64,000 nucleotides of DNA. It comes from an uncultured delta proteobacterium. GTDB taxonomy: Bacteria; Myxococcota_A; Polyangia; Fen-1088. The notes under the pieces are model-generated. The model worked only from the letters and a program-made list of their open reading frames with translations. It did not search any database and was not told where the DNA came from. Shown here one piece after another: positions 51,794 through 62,214 of the stretch. Position 1 is the first letter of the stretch. Each line of letters begins with the position of its first letter. The position numbers and the translations under genes are program-made. The DNA is taken from assembly GCA_963755125.1 (NCBI GenBank), contig CAVWIP010000017.1:1-64000 (forward strand), read 5' to 3'.

Positions 51794-51970
51794 ATCCCTC
51801 TTGGATCAATGTTCGCAGATTTCCATTCTCACAGTGTCTCGACAACTGTCCCAAACGTCAACATGATCGCTGGACTCCGTCCCCGTATTGATTCTTCTGG
51901 CCTGCGACCAACGGTTGCGGCGGCTGGGAGATCCAGATCGAAGTGACCCTGGGACACCGCTGATGCGACT

Positions 51971-52534
51971 CTACTTCTCCCTCTTCTTCATCGACCGCGC
52001 CAGCTTCACGGCCTCGGCAACACCCTTCTCCGCTGCGGTCTTCTTCACCTTGGCTCTGTCCGCGCCTGTGAGCGATTTCAAGGCAGCCAGGTACTGCCCT
52101 TGCAGCTTCCGCGCCCGCCTGACCTTTGGCGTGACCTTCTTCACCTTCTTTGCCGCCGCCGGCTTGGCCCCTGTCCCGTGAGTGACCTTGCCCGCCCGTC
52201 GCTCCTCCCGGTACTTCTTGATCTTGCTCTTGGCCACGTTCTTGTGGTCCTTGCAGACCATGCCGAAGACTGGTGCTGCCACGTTCTTGCAGCCGGGTAC
52301 TGGACAAAGGTGCTTTGGTGGCTTCTTCTTTTCCGCCGATTTTTTCACCGTCACATCCGCCGCAAGTGCCACAGCATGCTTGGGTGGCCTACCTGGTCCG
52401 CGTTTTTGCGGAATACCAAAGGCACCAGCAAGCGCAGCCTGGATTCGTTGAGCTACGGCTGCCTCAACGGTGGCAACGATCTGCTGGGTGAAGGTTTCGA
52501 TCTGAGCGGTGATGTGCGGGTCGGTGTGGGGCAT
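51971..52534 (-). CDS. Basic nucleoid-associated-like protein (AT-hook, Zn finger, Lys/Ala-rich tail)
   Basis: KRGPGRPPK, CPVPGC...CKDH and a K/A-rich linker; AGGAG RBS. Confidence 0.75.
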   Translation of the reverse strand: MPHTDPHITAQIETFTQQIVATVEAAVAQRIQAALAGAFGIPQKRGPGRPPKHAVALAADVTVKKSAEKKKPPKHLCPVPGCKNVAAPVFGMVCKDHKNVAKSKIKKYREERRAGKVTHGTGAKPAAAKKVKKVTPKVRRARKLQGQYLAALKSLTGADRAKVKKTAAEKGVAEAVKLARSMKKREK

Positions 52535-52550
52535 GAGGTCTCCTGGTTGT

Positions 52551-52620
52551 TTCTTGCCCGCCATCGTATGGGCTGCCGGGGAAATGGGCAACCAGATCGA
52601 AGTGGCCGGGGATGAAGGGG
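52551..52620 (-). promoter_or_regulatory. sigma70-type promoter TTGCCC-N17-TACGAT within a 70-bp repeat, copy 1
   Basis: -35 at 52586-52591 and -10 at 52563-52568, just upstream of the AT-hook gene. Confidence 0.65.
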
Positions 52621-52847
52621 TCTGGCTACGCCACCGCGTTTGAGTTGGCCATCTCCGCGTGAGAATCGGGCTGGTAGGCCGGAACAAGACGGGGCTCAGA
52701 CATAGAGCCGCTGCTGAATCGAATTGACGAGCAGTAGCCGCCTAGTCCGCAGTCTCCGTTGATGTGACGATTGCTTCCCGTCACATAGGAACCTGGGATG
52801 GTTCCTTGATCGTCAAGAACCACCCTGGCTCGTTGCGCTAGTCTCGC

Positions 52848-54833
52848 CTAGGTCTTACCAGTGGCGGTCATGCCTCCAGTTGCCTTGGTTCCGCCCATGG
52901 CTGAGGTGCCGCCGGTGGCGGTCGTGCCTCCCGTTGCATGGCTTCCGCCCATGCCCATCGAACCGCCCGAACTCGTTACGCCACCCGTGGCTGAGGTGCC
53001 ACCGGCGGATGTCGCGCCTCCAGTTGCATTACTTCCACTCGTGCTCGTCGAACCGCCGGAGCTAGTTGCGCCGCCCGAGGCCGAGGTGCCGCCAGTGGAT
53101 GTTGTGCCTCCAGTTGCGTTAGTTCCACCCGTGCTCGTCGTGCCACCCGCACCTGTTGTGCCACCGGTGGATGTCGTGCCGCTGCTCGCGAGCTTGTATA
53201 CCTCGCTGCCTGCCAGCAGGAAGCACCCAACCCCGTAGTCGTCGAAGTCGGCGAGCATGGTTGGACCTAGACGTCCAGGGTCTTGTGGGTTTTCGGTGCA
53301 GGGCAGAGCGCCCGTGGCCTGCACGTACCCGAGCAGGCCATCCGACTGAAGGGCGATGGTGGAAAGGCCGTTCCAGGCGCTCTGCAGGGCTGGGCCGTAG
53401 GTCGCAACGTCAAGAAATCCCTTGCGAATGCCCCAGGCTAGACCGTAGGTAAAGAGCGCCGTTCCGCTGGTTTCTGGACCATCGTCGCCGGTCAGGCCGA
53501 TGCTTGCGCACTGGGTGGGATCGAAAAGACTCTCATTCCAAAAACCGTCGCTGCGCTGGAGGGGCACCAGCGCCTTGGCAATGGCCTGGAAGTCCGAGAC
53601 GTACGTGGCCCGATGGGCATCGGTGGTCGGCAGGATGTCGAGAACCCGCGTCAGAGCTGCGAAGACCCAGCCGTTTCCACGCGACCAGTAAATGCTCTTT
53701 CCGTTCGGGGCCACGATGTAGGCATCGGTGGTTTGCGCCGGTAAGCTCGACATCAGGCTTGCGGTTATCGTCAACTCGGAGCAGTAATCGAGGCCGGCAT
53801 CGGCGTTGCCGTCGACGCTGCCATCGACACTGGCATCAATACTGCCGTCGACGCTGCTTGCAACGCCGGCATCGGGGCTGCATTCGCCGGCTTCACTGTC
53901 CAGGGTTGGCGTGTAGTGCAAATCGCGCCACCAGAGCCCATCGGCGGCGTTAAATAAGCCTCCGCCTTCGCTCATGCGAGCGTCATTGTAGAGGGCCCAC
54001 ATGGCATCGAAGTAGCCGCCATTGGGGTACAGAACCCCCAACTTCGCGAACACGGGCATGGACATCTGGATGGCGTCGATCCACCACCACACATTCGCGG
54101 TCCCGTTCGACACCATGGCGTCGATGCTTGCCTTGATTGCCTGGATGCGGACCGGCTGCGGATCGATGTTGTAGAGATCGATGTAGGTCTGGCCGCAAGC
54201 CTGATTGTTCGCGTCGGTCGACGTAACACCTGCCGCTGTGTTTGCCAGGAGCCAAGGATGCGTCGGGCTCGCACCCCATGTGACGGCGTAGTTGTAGTAG
54301 GTCTGCTGGTTCGTCGTGTCGGGGTCCACGTTGTAGAGCCCCATGAGTCCTTCGTAGTACGCAGCCCGAGTCCAGAGATTGCTGGGCCTAGTCTTGTTCG
54401 TGACGATGTCCGCAGTGGGATCGGGATGTTTCGTCATGAACCAGGTATTCGCTCGCTGCATGTTTTCCAGCACTGACGAGTTAGCCGGCAAGCCCGTGAG
54501 TGTTGTCACCCCACCGGAACTGGTCGCGCCACCCGAACCTCCGCCGGTTGTGGTGGAACCACCCGACATCGTTGCTCCACCTGAACTGCTCACACCACCT
54601 GAGCTGGTTGTCGAACCACCGGTCACGATAGTTGAGCCACCGGTACTCGATCCTGCGGTACTCGTGCCGCCGGCACCGATACCACCGGTGCCTCCGTGCG
54701 AGCTGGCGGACGCCGTGCCCCCGTTATGTCCCGCAGTGTTCGTGCTCGATGAACTTGAGCATGCCGCGAACGTGACGGCGGCAGACAGAAGAAACGCACA
54801 ACGCCAGTAGAATCGAAAACAGTTGGTGCTCAT
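52848..54833 (-). CDS. GH105/GH88-family glycoside hydrolase lipoprotein with Gly/Thr-rich linkers
   Basis: Lipobox FAAC, WTRAAYYEG, WWWIDAIQM, WSRGNGW, ETSGTALF and YGVGCFLLA. Confidence 0.88.
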   Translation of the reverse strand: MSTNCFRFYWRCAFLLSAAVTFAACSSSSSTNTAGHNGGTASASSHGGTGGIGAGGTSTAGSSTGGSTIVTGGSTTSSGGVSSSGGATMSGGSTTTGGGSGGATSSGGVTTLTGLPANSSVLENMQRANTWFMTKHPDPTADIVTNKTRPSNLWTRAAYYEGLMGLYNVDPDTTNQQTYYNYAVTWGASPTHPWLLANTAAGVTSTDANNQACGQTYIDLYNIDPQPVRIQAIKASIDAMVSNGTANVWWWIDAIQMSMPVFAKLGVLYPNGGYFDAMWALYNDARMSEGGGLFNAADGLWWRDLHYTPTLDSEAGECSPDAGVASSVDGSIDASVDGSVDGNADAGLDYCSELTITASLMSSLPAQTTDAYIVAPNGKSIYWSRGNGWVFAALTRVLDILPTTDAHRATYVSDFQAIAKALVPLQRSDGFWNESLFDPTQCASIGLTGDDGPETSGTALFTYGLAWGIRKGFLDVATYGPALQSAWNGLSTIALQSDGLLGYVQATGALPCTENPQDPGRLGPTMLADFDDYGVGCFLLAGSEVYKLASSGTTSTGGTTGAGGTTSTGGTNATGGTTSTGGTSASGGATSSGGSTSTSGSNATGGATSAGGTSATGGVTSSGGSMGMGGSHATGGTTATGGTSAMGGTKATGGMTATGKT

Positions 54834-55190
54834 GAGTCCTCATCTCCTCGGCAGCGCCAATCTCGCGCTGCTCACTTCAGTTGTCTCTCGGTCCAGGATT
54901 CGTAGGGTGAAACAACATCAGCGCACGCCGCTCAGAATGCCTCAGCGTGACACCGCGGGTATGCATATAGCTAGATCGGAAACGTGGCAAGTGGAATCTT
55001 GGCAGACGAGCTTTTGCGCTCTCGGAGGCTGGCCCCTTGGAGAATTGAAGTGGCGGGGGGCAGTAGCCGTTTCTTGGGGAAGCAAGATGGCGACCTGCCT
55101 GCCTTCCTGACAAGGGCGCGCGCTTTCTCGGGTCCGAGGGTCATGTCCACTGGGTAGCTGCGGCGTTTCGAGTGCGTCTGTGTCCTTGTC

Positions 55191-55261
55191 TTCCTGCCCG
55201 GCAATCGGATGGGCTGCGGGGAAAATGGGCAACCAGATCGAAGTGGCGGGGGATGAAGGGG
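55191..55261 (-). promoter_or_regulatory. 70-bp promoter-like repeat, copy 2 (TTGCCC-N17-TCCGAT)
   Basis: Near-identical to 52551-52620. Confidence 0.6.
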
Positions 55262-55325
55262 GCTCCGGTCACGCCCGATGCCACCCTGTCACCGGGTAGG
55301 ACGCTAGTCCTGTTGAACCCTGCCT

Positions 55326-56057
55326 TCAGATTTCCACCACGAGCCGGTCCAGGAACTCGGGATTGGGCTCCTCGCCCATGTACCCGAACGGATTGCACAG
55401 CACCGTGGTCTCTCCGATCTGAGTGCGCATGGATGCATGTGAGTGCCCATGCAGCCAGAGCCTTGGCCGGCGTTCTAGTATCAGCTCCGTGAGGTCGCAC
55501 ACGAAGAACGGGTTGAGCAGGCTTCCCGCGAATCTAGGTGCGACACAACGCTGTGACGGCAGGTGGTGAGTCACGACGATGTCGCCGGGGCGCAACTGCT
55601 GATCGAGGAAGGCGACAGCCCTGGCGTTCTCCTCGTACACCCAGGACTCGAAGTCCTTGATGACGGAGAAATCGCTCAACAAGTGCTTGAGTCCTTCATT
55701 GATGGTGGAGCGCGGGAACCACAGCGGTACCCCCAGGAAGTTGAACCCGAGAAGTTCGGTGCCCGAGGCATCAAGCCAGATAAGATTGGGGTTCTCGGCC
55801 TGCGCCTGCCGGGTGAGGTCGAGCACGCTACTGCGGTTCGTCCTGTAAAATTCGTGGTTGCCGTGAACGTACACGACGGAGGCGTCACGGAATCTCCGGC
55901 ACAGCAGCGCGAGTGCCGCGGGGATGCCATCCGCAACGGCGACATCGCCGGCAAGCACCAGCACGTCGACACCAGATGGGTCGAGCGACTCAACGAAGGA
56001 GCGCCCACCGTCCCGGTGAAACTCGAAGTGCAGGTCGGAGAGGAGTTGGAGGCGCAT
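55326..56057 (-). CDS. Calcineurin-like metallophosphoesterase
   Basis: SDLH, LAGD, GNHE, VTHH and HGHSH. Confidence 0.9.
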   Translation of the reverse strand: MRLQLLSDLHFEFHRDGGRSFVESLDPSGVDVLVLAGDVAVADGIPAALALLCRRFRDASVVYVHGNHEFYRTNRSSVLDLTRQAQAENPNLIWLDASGTELLGFNFLGVPLWFPRSTINEGLKHLLSDFSVIKDFESWVYEENARAVAFLDQQLRPGDIVVTHHLPSQRCVAPRFAGSLLNPFFVCDLTELILERRPRLWLHGHSHASMRTQIGETTVLCNPFGYMGEEPNPEFLDRLVVEI

Positions 56058-56102
56058 ACAGGTCCATCCCAGGGTAGCATGCGTCCCTGACGAGCTTTCA
56101 GA

Positions 56103-57002
56103 ATGACTACCCAGGCCCACCTTCCCCGTCAGGCCGCACCAAACGACGACGAACCTGCCCGTCAGGCAGCAATCGAGCGCTACCTACGCACCGGCAAGTA
56201 CGAGACCACTTCTCCCGCCTGGCCGGGTAACGCCTGGGAGCGCGAGGTCCGTGCACACGACGACATGATCCGGGCTCTGGTGGCCGAGGTGAACAAGCTC
56301 GCAGCTGGGCACGAAATTCCATCTGCTTCGCTTCCCGCCGACTTGGTGGCGTTCACACGCAAGAAGGTGGAGCCCATGGCGCGTGGGCTGTTCCGGCGTG
56401 ACGAGCAGGAGGCTGTGCTGGCGGTTCTGGAGAAGTCGGTGGTGTTCTTGACCCCCGCGAACATCGACCAGGTGCTGCTCCAGTGCAGCTGGCTGCACAC
56501 GGCATGGTCCCTGGCGAACCTGTATCTGGACAGCATGGGCGCGTCCCTGCTGGGACCGGATGCTGACAAGATCGTGGGCCTGAGCGAGGAGACCACCTGC
56601 TTCGTGTCCCTCAAGTATTTCAAGATGGAGGACCCGTTCGCGGACTTCGTCGTCCACGAGGCTGCGCACATCTTCCACAACTGCAAGCGGCGCACGATAG
56701 GGCTGGCGGAAACAAAAAGGCAGGAATGGCTGTTGGATATCGAGTACCGGAAGCGCGAGACTTTTGCCTACGCCTGCGAGGCGTACGCACGCATCCTGGA
56801 ACGCGCACCCAAGCCACAAGATCGCCCGGCCCTTGCCACCGAGTACGCAAGCAAGGTGCGCGTGTCAGGTGAGCGTGTGGACACGGTCGAAGTGAACAGC
56901 ATCTTGGCTGATGCGTGCGCGGCAAGAAACGGGTGGAAGATCATCCTGGGCAGGTGCGCACCGGAGAAGAGCAGGACCATTTCCATGCCGCCTCAGATCT
57001 AA
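56103..57002 (+). CDS. Hypothetical protein with an HExxH motif
   Basis: VVHEAAH followed by a downstream Glu (RETFAY). Confidence 0.7.
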   Translation: MTTQAHLPRQAAPNDDEPARQAAIERYLRTGKYETTSPAWPGNAWEREVRAHDDMIRALVAEVNKLAAGHEIPSASLPADLVAFTRKKVEPMARGLFRRDEQEAVLAVLEKSVVFLTPANIDQVLLQCSWLHTAWSLANLYLDSMGASLLGPDADKIVGLSEETTCFVSLKYFKMEDPFADFVVHEAAHIFHNCKRRTIGLAETKRQEWLLDIEYRKRETFAYACEAYARILERAPKPQDRPALATEYASKVRVSGERVDTVEVNSILADACAARNGWKIILGRCAPEKSRTISMPPQI

Positions 57003-57120
57003 TGATGGGCAGTCGTCCAGTTAGCTATCGCGCTGCAAAATGAGGGCGGCCCCACGAACCTGGGTCATGCATACCAGGGGGTGGATATGTTGATGTCTTT
57101 GCCGGCCATCGTCCATGCAG

Positions 57121-57783
57121 CTATAACGGCGGGAATAGGCAGCTTTGGGTACAAGACACTGAACAATTTGGCTCATTCCCGGGGTTCCCTTGGGAATCCA
57201 AGCACACGCCGTTCAGTGGACCGAGGTCGCACTGCTCGTCATATTGCGAGTCGAGAATGCCATCACCGCAGCAGGGTATCCTTCCCGCATCCCTGCCGTC
57301 GGCCGATGCGCCCTCTGGCTCGATAAGCCCCCCATCTGACGAAATGCCACTGCAGACACTCCCATAGTGAATCGCAGGGTTAAGGCATGTGATGAACCGC
57401 GTACACAGATACTTGGTGTAACAGAGACTGGGGTCCTCCACACAGGTCTGATCCCCCTGCGGCATCTGGATATCGCCCGGATTGCAGGACAGTGTATCGT
57501 CACAATGCTTACCGTTAGGCAACATGCACAGTGTGGAGCCACAGGAGTATCCCACATCAGGGAGGTTCGTTGGGGAATAGCACTCGCGGTATGTTGGACA
57601 GACCTCGGAGTAGTCTGATTCCTGCCCCGAGGTTAGCGTCTGGTCGCCTGGGTTGCAGTTACATAACGAACCACATGGTCCTAGGCCACAAGACTCTGTG
57701 CTGCATGCCGCCAGGGTGATGGTGAGTGCCAGGCCCATGCCGGCTACGAGGAGAGCTGTCACAGTTCCTGGCATCTTGAACAT
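57121..57783 (-). CDS. Cys-rich lipoprotein with a myxobacterial Cys-rich repeat
   Basis: Lipobox LAAC, two CNPGD modules and CGDGILD...EQCDLG. Confidence 0.75.
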   Translation of the reverse strand: MFKMPGTVTALLVAGMGLALTITLAACSTESCGLGPCGSLCNCNPGDQTLTSGQESDYSEVCPTYRECYSPTNLPDVGYSCGSTLCMLPNGKHCDDTLSCNPGDIQMPQGDQTCVEDPSLCYTKYLCTRFITCLNPAIHYGSVCSGISSDGGLIEPEGASADGRDAGRIPCCGDGILDSQYDEQCDLGPLNGVCLDSQGNPGNEPNCSVSCTQSCLFPPL

Positions 57784-57816
57784 TGGGTTTCGTTCACGCC
57801 CACTTATTGAAGGCGA

Positions 57817-58965
57817 TCAATTTTGGCAGACAGAGCAAACGGAAGCATCTCCGCAATGGGTGTTGGTTACGCAGGATGCTCCAGCGTTGCAGTCGTCGTT
57901 GAAGCGACAGGCTCCTCCTACAGGGGCACCTATTGGTCCATCGCAAAGATAGTAGTTGTAGCCGACGTCGCCTCCGCCGAAAATCATGATCGGCCCACAG
58001 ATAAGACCACCAGCACAGCTGCCTCCTTGCTGGGGCGGTGTGCACTGGGTGTAGCACCAGCCGTCGCCACGGGGCTCGCAAGAGGAATAGGAGCAAAGGG
58101 GCGGGCCGGCAACGCAAGGGCACATCTCGCCAAAATTTAGAACTTCGCCGGGAAGACACGGTTGGGGGTGAGGAGCGCCCACACGCGGAGAACTGCTATC
58201 AGGTTCCGGCTTGCCACTCGCATCCACACCGGCATCTGCCCCAAATCTGCATACAATGGTTTGCGTACACAGCTTGCTCTCATAACACGGACTGGGGTAC
58301 CCCACGCAAGACTGATCCCACTGCGGTATCTGTGTATCGCCAGGATTGCATGATAGAGAATCGTTGCAATGCACACCCTGGGGCAATACGCACAGTATGG
58401 AGCCACAGTTGTCTCCCAAGGAGTAGCACTCGCGTTCCGCTGGGCAATCGGACAGGTCGGTGTACTCTGATCCAGGCGCGAAGCCCACCTGCTGGTCCCC
58501 TGGGTTGCACCCAGGAATCGCCCCACACATGCCGCCTTGGCTGAGTGGAGAATCGGTGGCGTCCCCTTGGCCACCAGTTCCACTATTCCCGTTTGATCTG
58601 CCGGCATCCGAAGCACTCATGCGCCCACCAGCATCTGCCCCATATATTCCACCAGCACCAGCAGCACCTGTGCTGGCACCTGCTGCTCCACCCTGACCAC
58701 CAGTACCACCTGTGTTGACACCCCCGGTTCCACCTGGACCAATCATGCCAGCAGTACCACCTACGCCGCTACCTCCTGCTCCACTTGGACCAATCGTTCC
58801 TCCTGAGCCTCCGGTTATCCCGCTGATGGTGCTGTTGCCTACCTGGCCTCCGCTTCCAACTCCTGCATCACCGGCTCTGCTCTTGAGTCCGGAGCTGCTG
58901 CATGCGGGTCCCACCATCAGGCCGGCTACGAGGATGACTGTCACCGCCGTTGGCATCTTGAACAT
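57817..58965 (-). CDS. Gly-rich, Cys-rich lipoprotein (paralog of the adjacent gene)
   Basis: Same MFKMP start and CNPGD modules; GGAGG RBS. Confidence 0.8.
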   Translation of the reverse strand: MFKMPTAVTVILVAGLMVGPACSSSGLKSRAGDAGVGSGGQVGNSTISGITGGSGGTIGPSGAGGSGVGGTAGMIGPGGTGGVNTGGTGGQGGAAGASTGAAGAGGIYGADAGGRMSASDAGRSNGNSGTGGQGDATDSPLSQGGMCGAIPGCNPGDQQVGFAPGSEYTDLSDCPAERECYSLGDNCGSILCVLPQGVHCNDSLSCNPGDTQIPQWDQSCVGYPSPCYESKLCTQTIVCRFGADAGVDASGKPEPDSSSPRVGAPHPQPCLPGEVLNFGEMCPCVAGPPLCSYSSCEPRGDGWCYTQCTPPQQGGSCAGGLICGPIMIFGGGDVGYNYYLCDGPIGAPVGGACRFNDDCNAGASCVTNTHCGDASVCSVCQN

Positions 58966-59013
58966 ATGGTCCTCCGTGTGCTCGTCCGGTGAGTGCCAAG
59001 CTGGATCGTCGGG

Positions 59014-59490
59014 TCAGTGCAACAGGATGCAGTCACGGTAGCGTTCGAAATCGTCTTGGTCGTGGCAGATGCGCCGGGCCTCGCCAGACGAAGAGCGCAG
59101 GCGGCGGTCGTAATAGTCTTCCGTTTTTGGTGATTGCGGCTTAGGCAGGCTTGCAACATCCTTTGGGTCCGGGTCCCACTTCGGCGGGTCTGGCTCGCGC
59201 ATGCACGCCGTGACCACCCCCCTCGATGAGATGATGCACAGGTAGCGGGCCCTGTGCCCGCAAGCCTCGATGTCATAGAGGTTGTCTGAAATGTCGGCCC
59301 TCTCGATCAGGCCGATCTTTTCTTCCGGACAGGAGAATTCCCGCGAAGCTCTTCGAATCGCACTATCCCCGGTCGTTGCGCAGCCCACCCCGAAGAACAG
59401 GACGAGGACACCAATTCTGACGATGGACGAGTGCGCGCCTCGAACCGAAGGGCTTTCTTCCCGGTGGCTGCTGTTCGAGGAAACTATCAT
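59014..59490 (-). CDS. Hypothetical lipoprotein
   Basis: Hydrophobic stretch with GVGC, then RASREFSC...IEACG.RARYLC. Confidence 0.7.
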   Translation of the reverse strand: MIVSSNSSHREESPSVRGAHSSIVRIGVLVLFFGVGCATTGDSAIRRASREFSCPEEKIGLIERADISDNLYDIEACGHRARYLCIISSRGVVTACMREPDPPKWDPDPKDVASLPKPQSPKTEDYYDRRLRSSSGEARRICHDQDDFERYRDCILLH

Positions 59491-59846
59491 GCGACACCGT
59501 GCCCGAAATCACCCATCGACACGGGCAACTCTACTTCCCGTGCTGTCCTCTTGAGGAAGCTCTCGATGCGCTGCCGGACAGCCTGTTCCTTCATGACCCC
59601 GGGGAACATGGTACCGCTTTTCGGGTGCACGGGATGCAATATGAGATCCAGGGGGATTCCTGAGCATCCGAAAAGCGGCAGACAGCCCCGGTTGATGCGT
59701 CTTGGGACGCTATGTCAAAGCCGACACCAGCTTGGTGTGCTGACCATGTTGGGGAACTCGATCATCTTCCTGACGTCGGTCGACATCGACCACAGGGTGT
59801 GCATCACCCATCGTCTGCCCCTTCAGCTCTCCCGTTGGTCGATGGC

Positions 59847-60125
59847 CTACGAGTTGAGCGCTTTGGTCAGCACCAGGCTGGCCTTGAAGGTCAACACGCG
59901 GCGGGCGCTGATTGTGATCTCTTTTCCGGTATGCGGGTTGCGACCGGGGCGTGCCTTCTTGTCCCGGACCACGAAGTTGCCGAAGCCTGAAATCTTGATC
60001 TTCTCGTTCTTTTCCAAGGTCTTCTTCACCGTCTCGAACACCGTCTCGACGATAGCTATGGCCTCCTTTTTCGAGAATCCGCCGTCCTTCGCGTAGACGG
60101 CGTCGGCTATGTCCGCCTTGGTCAT
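59847..60125 (-). CDS. ihfA: Integration host factor alpha subunit
   Basis: MTKADI...KIKISGFGNFVVRDKKARPGRNP.TG.EITISARRVLTFK. Confidence 0.92.
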   Translation of the reverse strand: MTKADIADAVYAKDGGFSKKEAIAIVETVFETVKKTLEKNEKIKISGFGNFVVRDKKARPGRNPHTGKEITISARRVLTFKASLVLTKALNS

Positions 60126-60301
60126 GTGACTACGTTCGCCAGAAATCCCGTCGGTGTCAAAGGGTTGAGCAGGCTGGCCATGCGGACATTTGCGTCAGCG
60201 AGGATGCGCTGGGAAGGCGTTTAGATCGCTGTTGGCGAGGGCGATGCCGTAGAAACAATTTGGTCTGATTGCAGCCGAGGAATTCCTCCGACTCCTGCGG
60301 A

Positions 60302-61747
60302 TCAGAACGTCACGGCATTTTGGAAGCTTGTCAGGGCCGCTCCATTCAGGCGCATCTGATATTCTTCCGTGTAGGTCAAGATCGGGTATGCCCCTGGTGC
60401 TGCGTATGGATTGCCCCCTGCTACGGTACCATCCTTAATCACCTCGCCAAGGTAGACATTGCCATTGAGGTCGTAGAATGTGATGTAGGAAGGGGTTGTC
60501 CTCGGTGATGGACGAGGATCGGTCGCTACATAGGTATTTACCCCGTTAATCATTGAAACACTACCCAGGGCCATCGTGTAAGTTGTGCTGTCGCTGCCAA
60601 CCAAAATGCCCCCAGCATTCATGAGTGCGGCAATCGTGGTGCCAGTGGCAACGGGTTTGGGGGTGCTGCCAGATGCAGCTTGTATTGAAGAATAGTCGAA
60701 CACAAAATAGGTGTCCCCAATCTCGGTTGAGGTAAATTTCATATAGGACGCGCCTGCCGCCCAGGTTGCACCAGGGGCGAGCAGGGGTGTCGTATTGTAG
60801 AACAGTGGACTAAAGTAATTGACCAAATCCGAGAAGGAACTGGATGCTACATTCCCAGTTAGCGGAACCACGGAGTAACCAGAGTTGATGTAGCTGTTGA
60901 CGATTGTGGTACCAGTCGCGTCAAGAATGTCGGTTCGGACGCCCCCGGAGATTCCTTCAACAACACCCGCTGGATAGGTGACATTTCTGATCCACGCAGG
61001 GCCTGAGCTGACCACGATCTTACCACCAACAAGGTAACGATCTGGCGCATAGCCGCTGGGGATAGGGATCTTTGCGATATCAACTAAAGCCGTATCGGTA
61101 ACTTTTTGAGTGCCAGTCGACGGTGACGCAGTCAATTGAGCAGAGTTTTGGGCAAAATAGTTCGTGCCCGATACTGGAATTCCAGTGTAAGGCAGGGAGT
61201 AGTAGCATTCATAGGAAGCGTTGGGAGCCATCGTGAAACTCTCATACGTGGCTTGGTCCTGACTTAGGGCAGGAGGAGCGCCGGAAGAGCCGCCACCGCT
61301 TGTCGTGCCGCCAGCGTCAGACTCGCCTCCTATGCCAGAAGTGCCGCCTGTGCCGCCGCCACCCGAGCCACCGATGGGTGCATCCGGCTGAGTGGCAGGG
61401 GCGTCTGGCACCCCGGCATCGCCGCCGCCGCCAACGGCTGTTGCGCCACCGACAACTGTCGTTGCGCCAGAGGCTGCACTGCCGCCCTGCGGCGCAATAC
61501 CACCGGATGCCGTGATTCCGCCGACAATCGTACTGCTGCTGACAACCGTAGTTCCACCACTTGGCGCAGTACTTCCACCCTGCGCGCTGATTCCGCCAGC
61601 GCCGCCGCCGGAAAGAGTCGTTGACCCGCCGGAGTTACTCGGACTTGTCTTTGTGCTCGAGCTGCAACCGCTGGCCAGCGTTGCAAGAGAGATCCCAAAA
61701 GCTCCGATGAAACACAACCTGAAACGATTGGGTCGGTCCGCGTTCAT
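60302..61747 (-). CDS. Lipoprotein with a Gly/Ser/Thr-rich linker and a beta-rich C-terminal domain
   Basis: AGGAG RBS and lipobox ASGC. Confidence 0.75.
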   Translation of the reverse strand: MNADRPNRFRLCFIGAFGISLATLASGCSSSTKTSPSNSGGSTTLSGGGAGGISAQGGSTAPSGGTTVVSSSTIVGGITASGGIAPQGGSAASGATTVVGGATAVGGGGDAGVPDAPATQPDAPIGGSGGGGTGGTSGIGGESDAGGTTSGGGSSGAPPALSQDQATYESFTMAPNASYECYYSLPYTGIPVSGTNYFAQNSAQLTASPSTGTQKVTDTALVDIAKIPIPSGYAPDRYLVGGKIVVSSGPAWIRNVTYPAGVVEGISGGVRTDILDATGTTIVNSYINSGYSVVPLTGNVASSSFSDLVNYFSPLFYNTTPLLAPGATWAAGASYMKFTSTEIGDTYFVFDYSSIQAASGSTPKPVATGTTIAALMNAGGILVGSDSTTYTMALGSVSMINGVNTYVATDPRPSPRTTPSYITFYDLNGNVYLGEVIKDGTVAGGNPYAAPGAYPILTYTEEYQMRLNGAALTSFQNAVTF

Positions 61748-62214
61748 GATGTTCGCTCCTAGTCTATGGGCGGTCTGAGGTTGAAACAGGCAGAAATCAG
61801 TCACCTGCTCGACGGGGAGAGAGAGTGTACAGCTTTTCTGGTGCATGGGGTGTCAGAAAGATCGCTGGGGATTTCAGGTCACCTGGGAAGATGCACATGC
61901 GCACCCGGCCAAGGCAGCGGAAGGGACTTCTTCGTCATCGGGATCCTCCCGACCAAGAATCGCAATATCGTACGCCTTGCGCAACCGCATGCGACGGTGG
62001 AATGCGCCTCAAGAGCCACAGCCGCATGGGACCTGTGTCCGGCCCGCCGTCCATCAGCGCCGCTTGGGAGCATCACCGAACCGGGATACAATCATTCCCA
62101 TCCCGGCAACAATGCCGACGGCGGCATCAAGCGCGATGAGCGCGCCCTTGACCGTGTTCCCGGCGGGGTTGAGCACGAGGTTGTTGGCTCCTGCCAAGTT
62201 CGCACGTGACAGGT

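Noticed and set aside
52687..52701. 14/15 match to the tRNA T-arm (24233-24247) as an att site
   Set aside because: A rough estimate makes such a match plausible by chance in 64 kb, and it does not extend toward either tRNA end.
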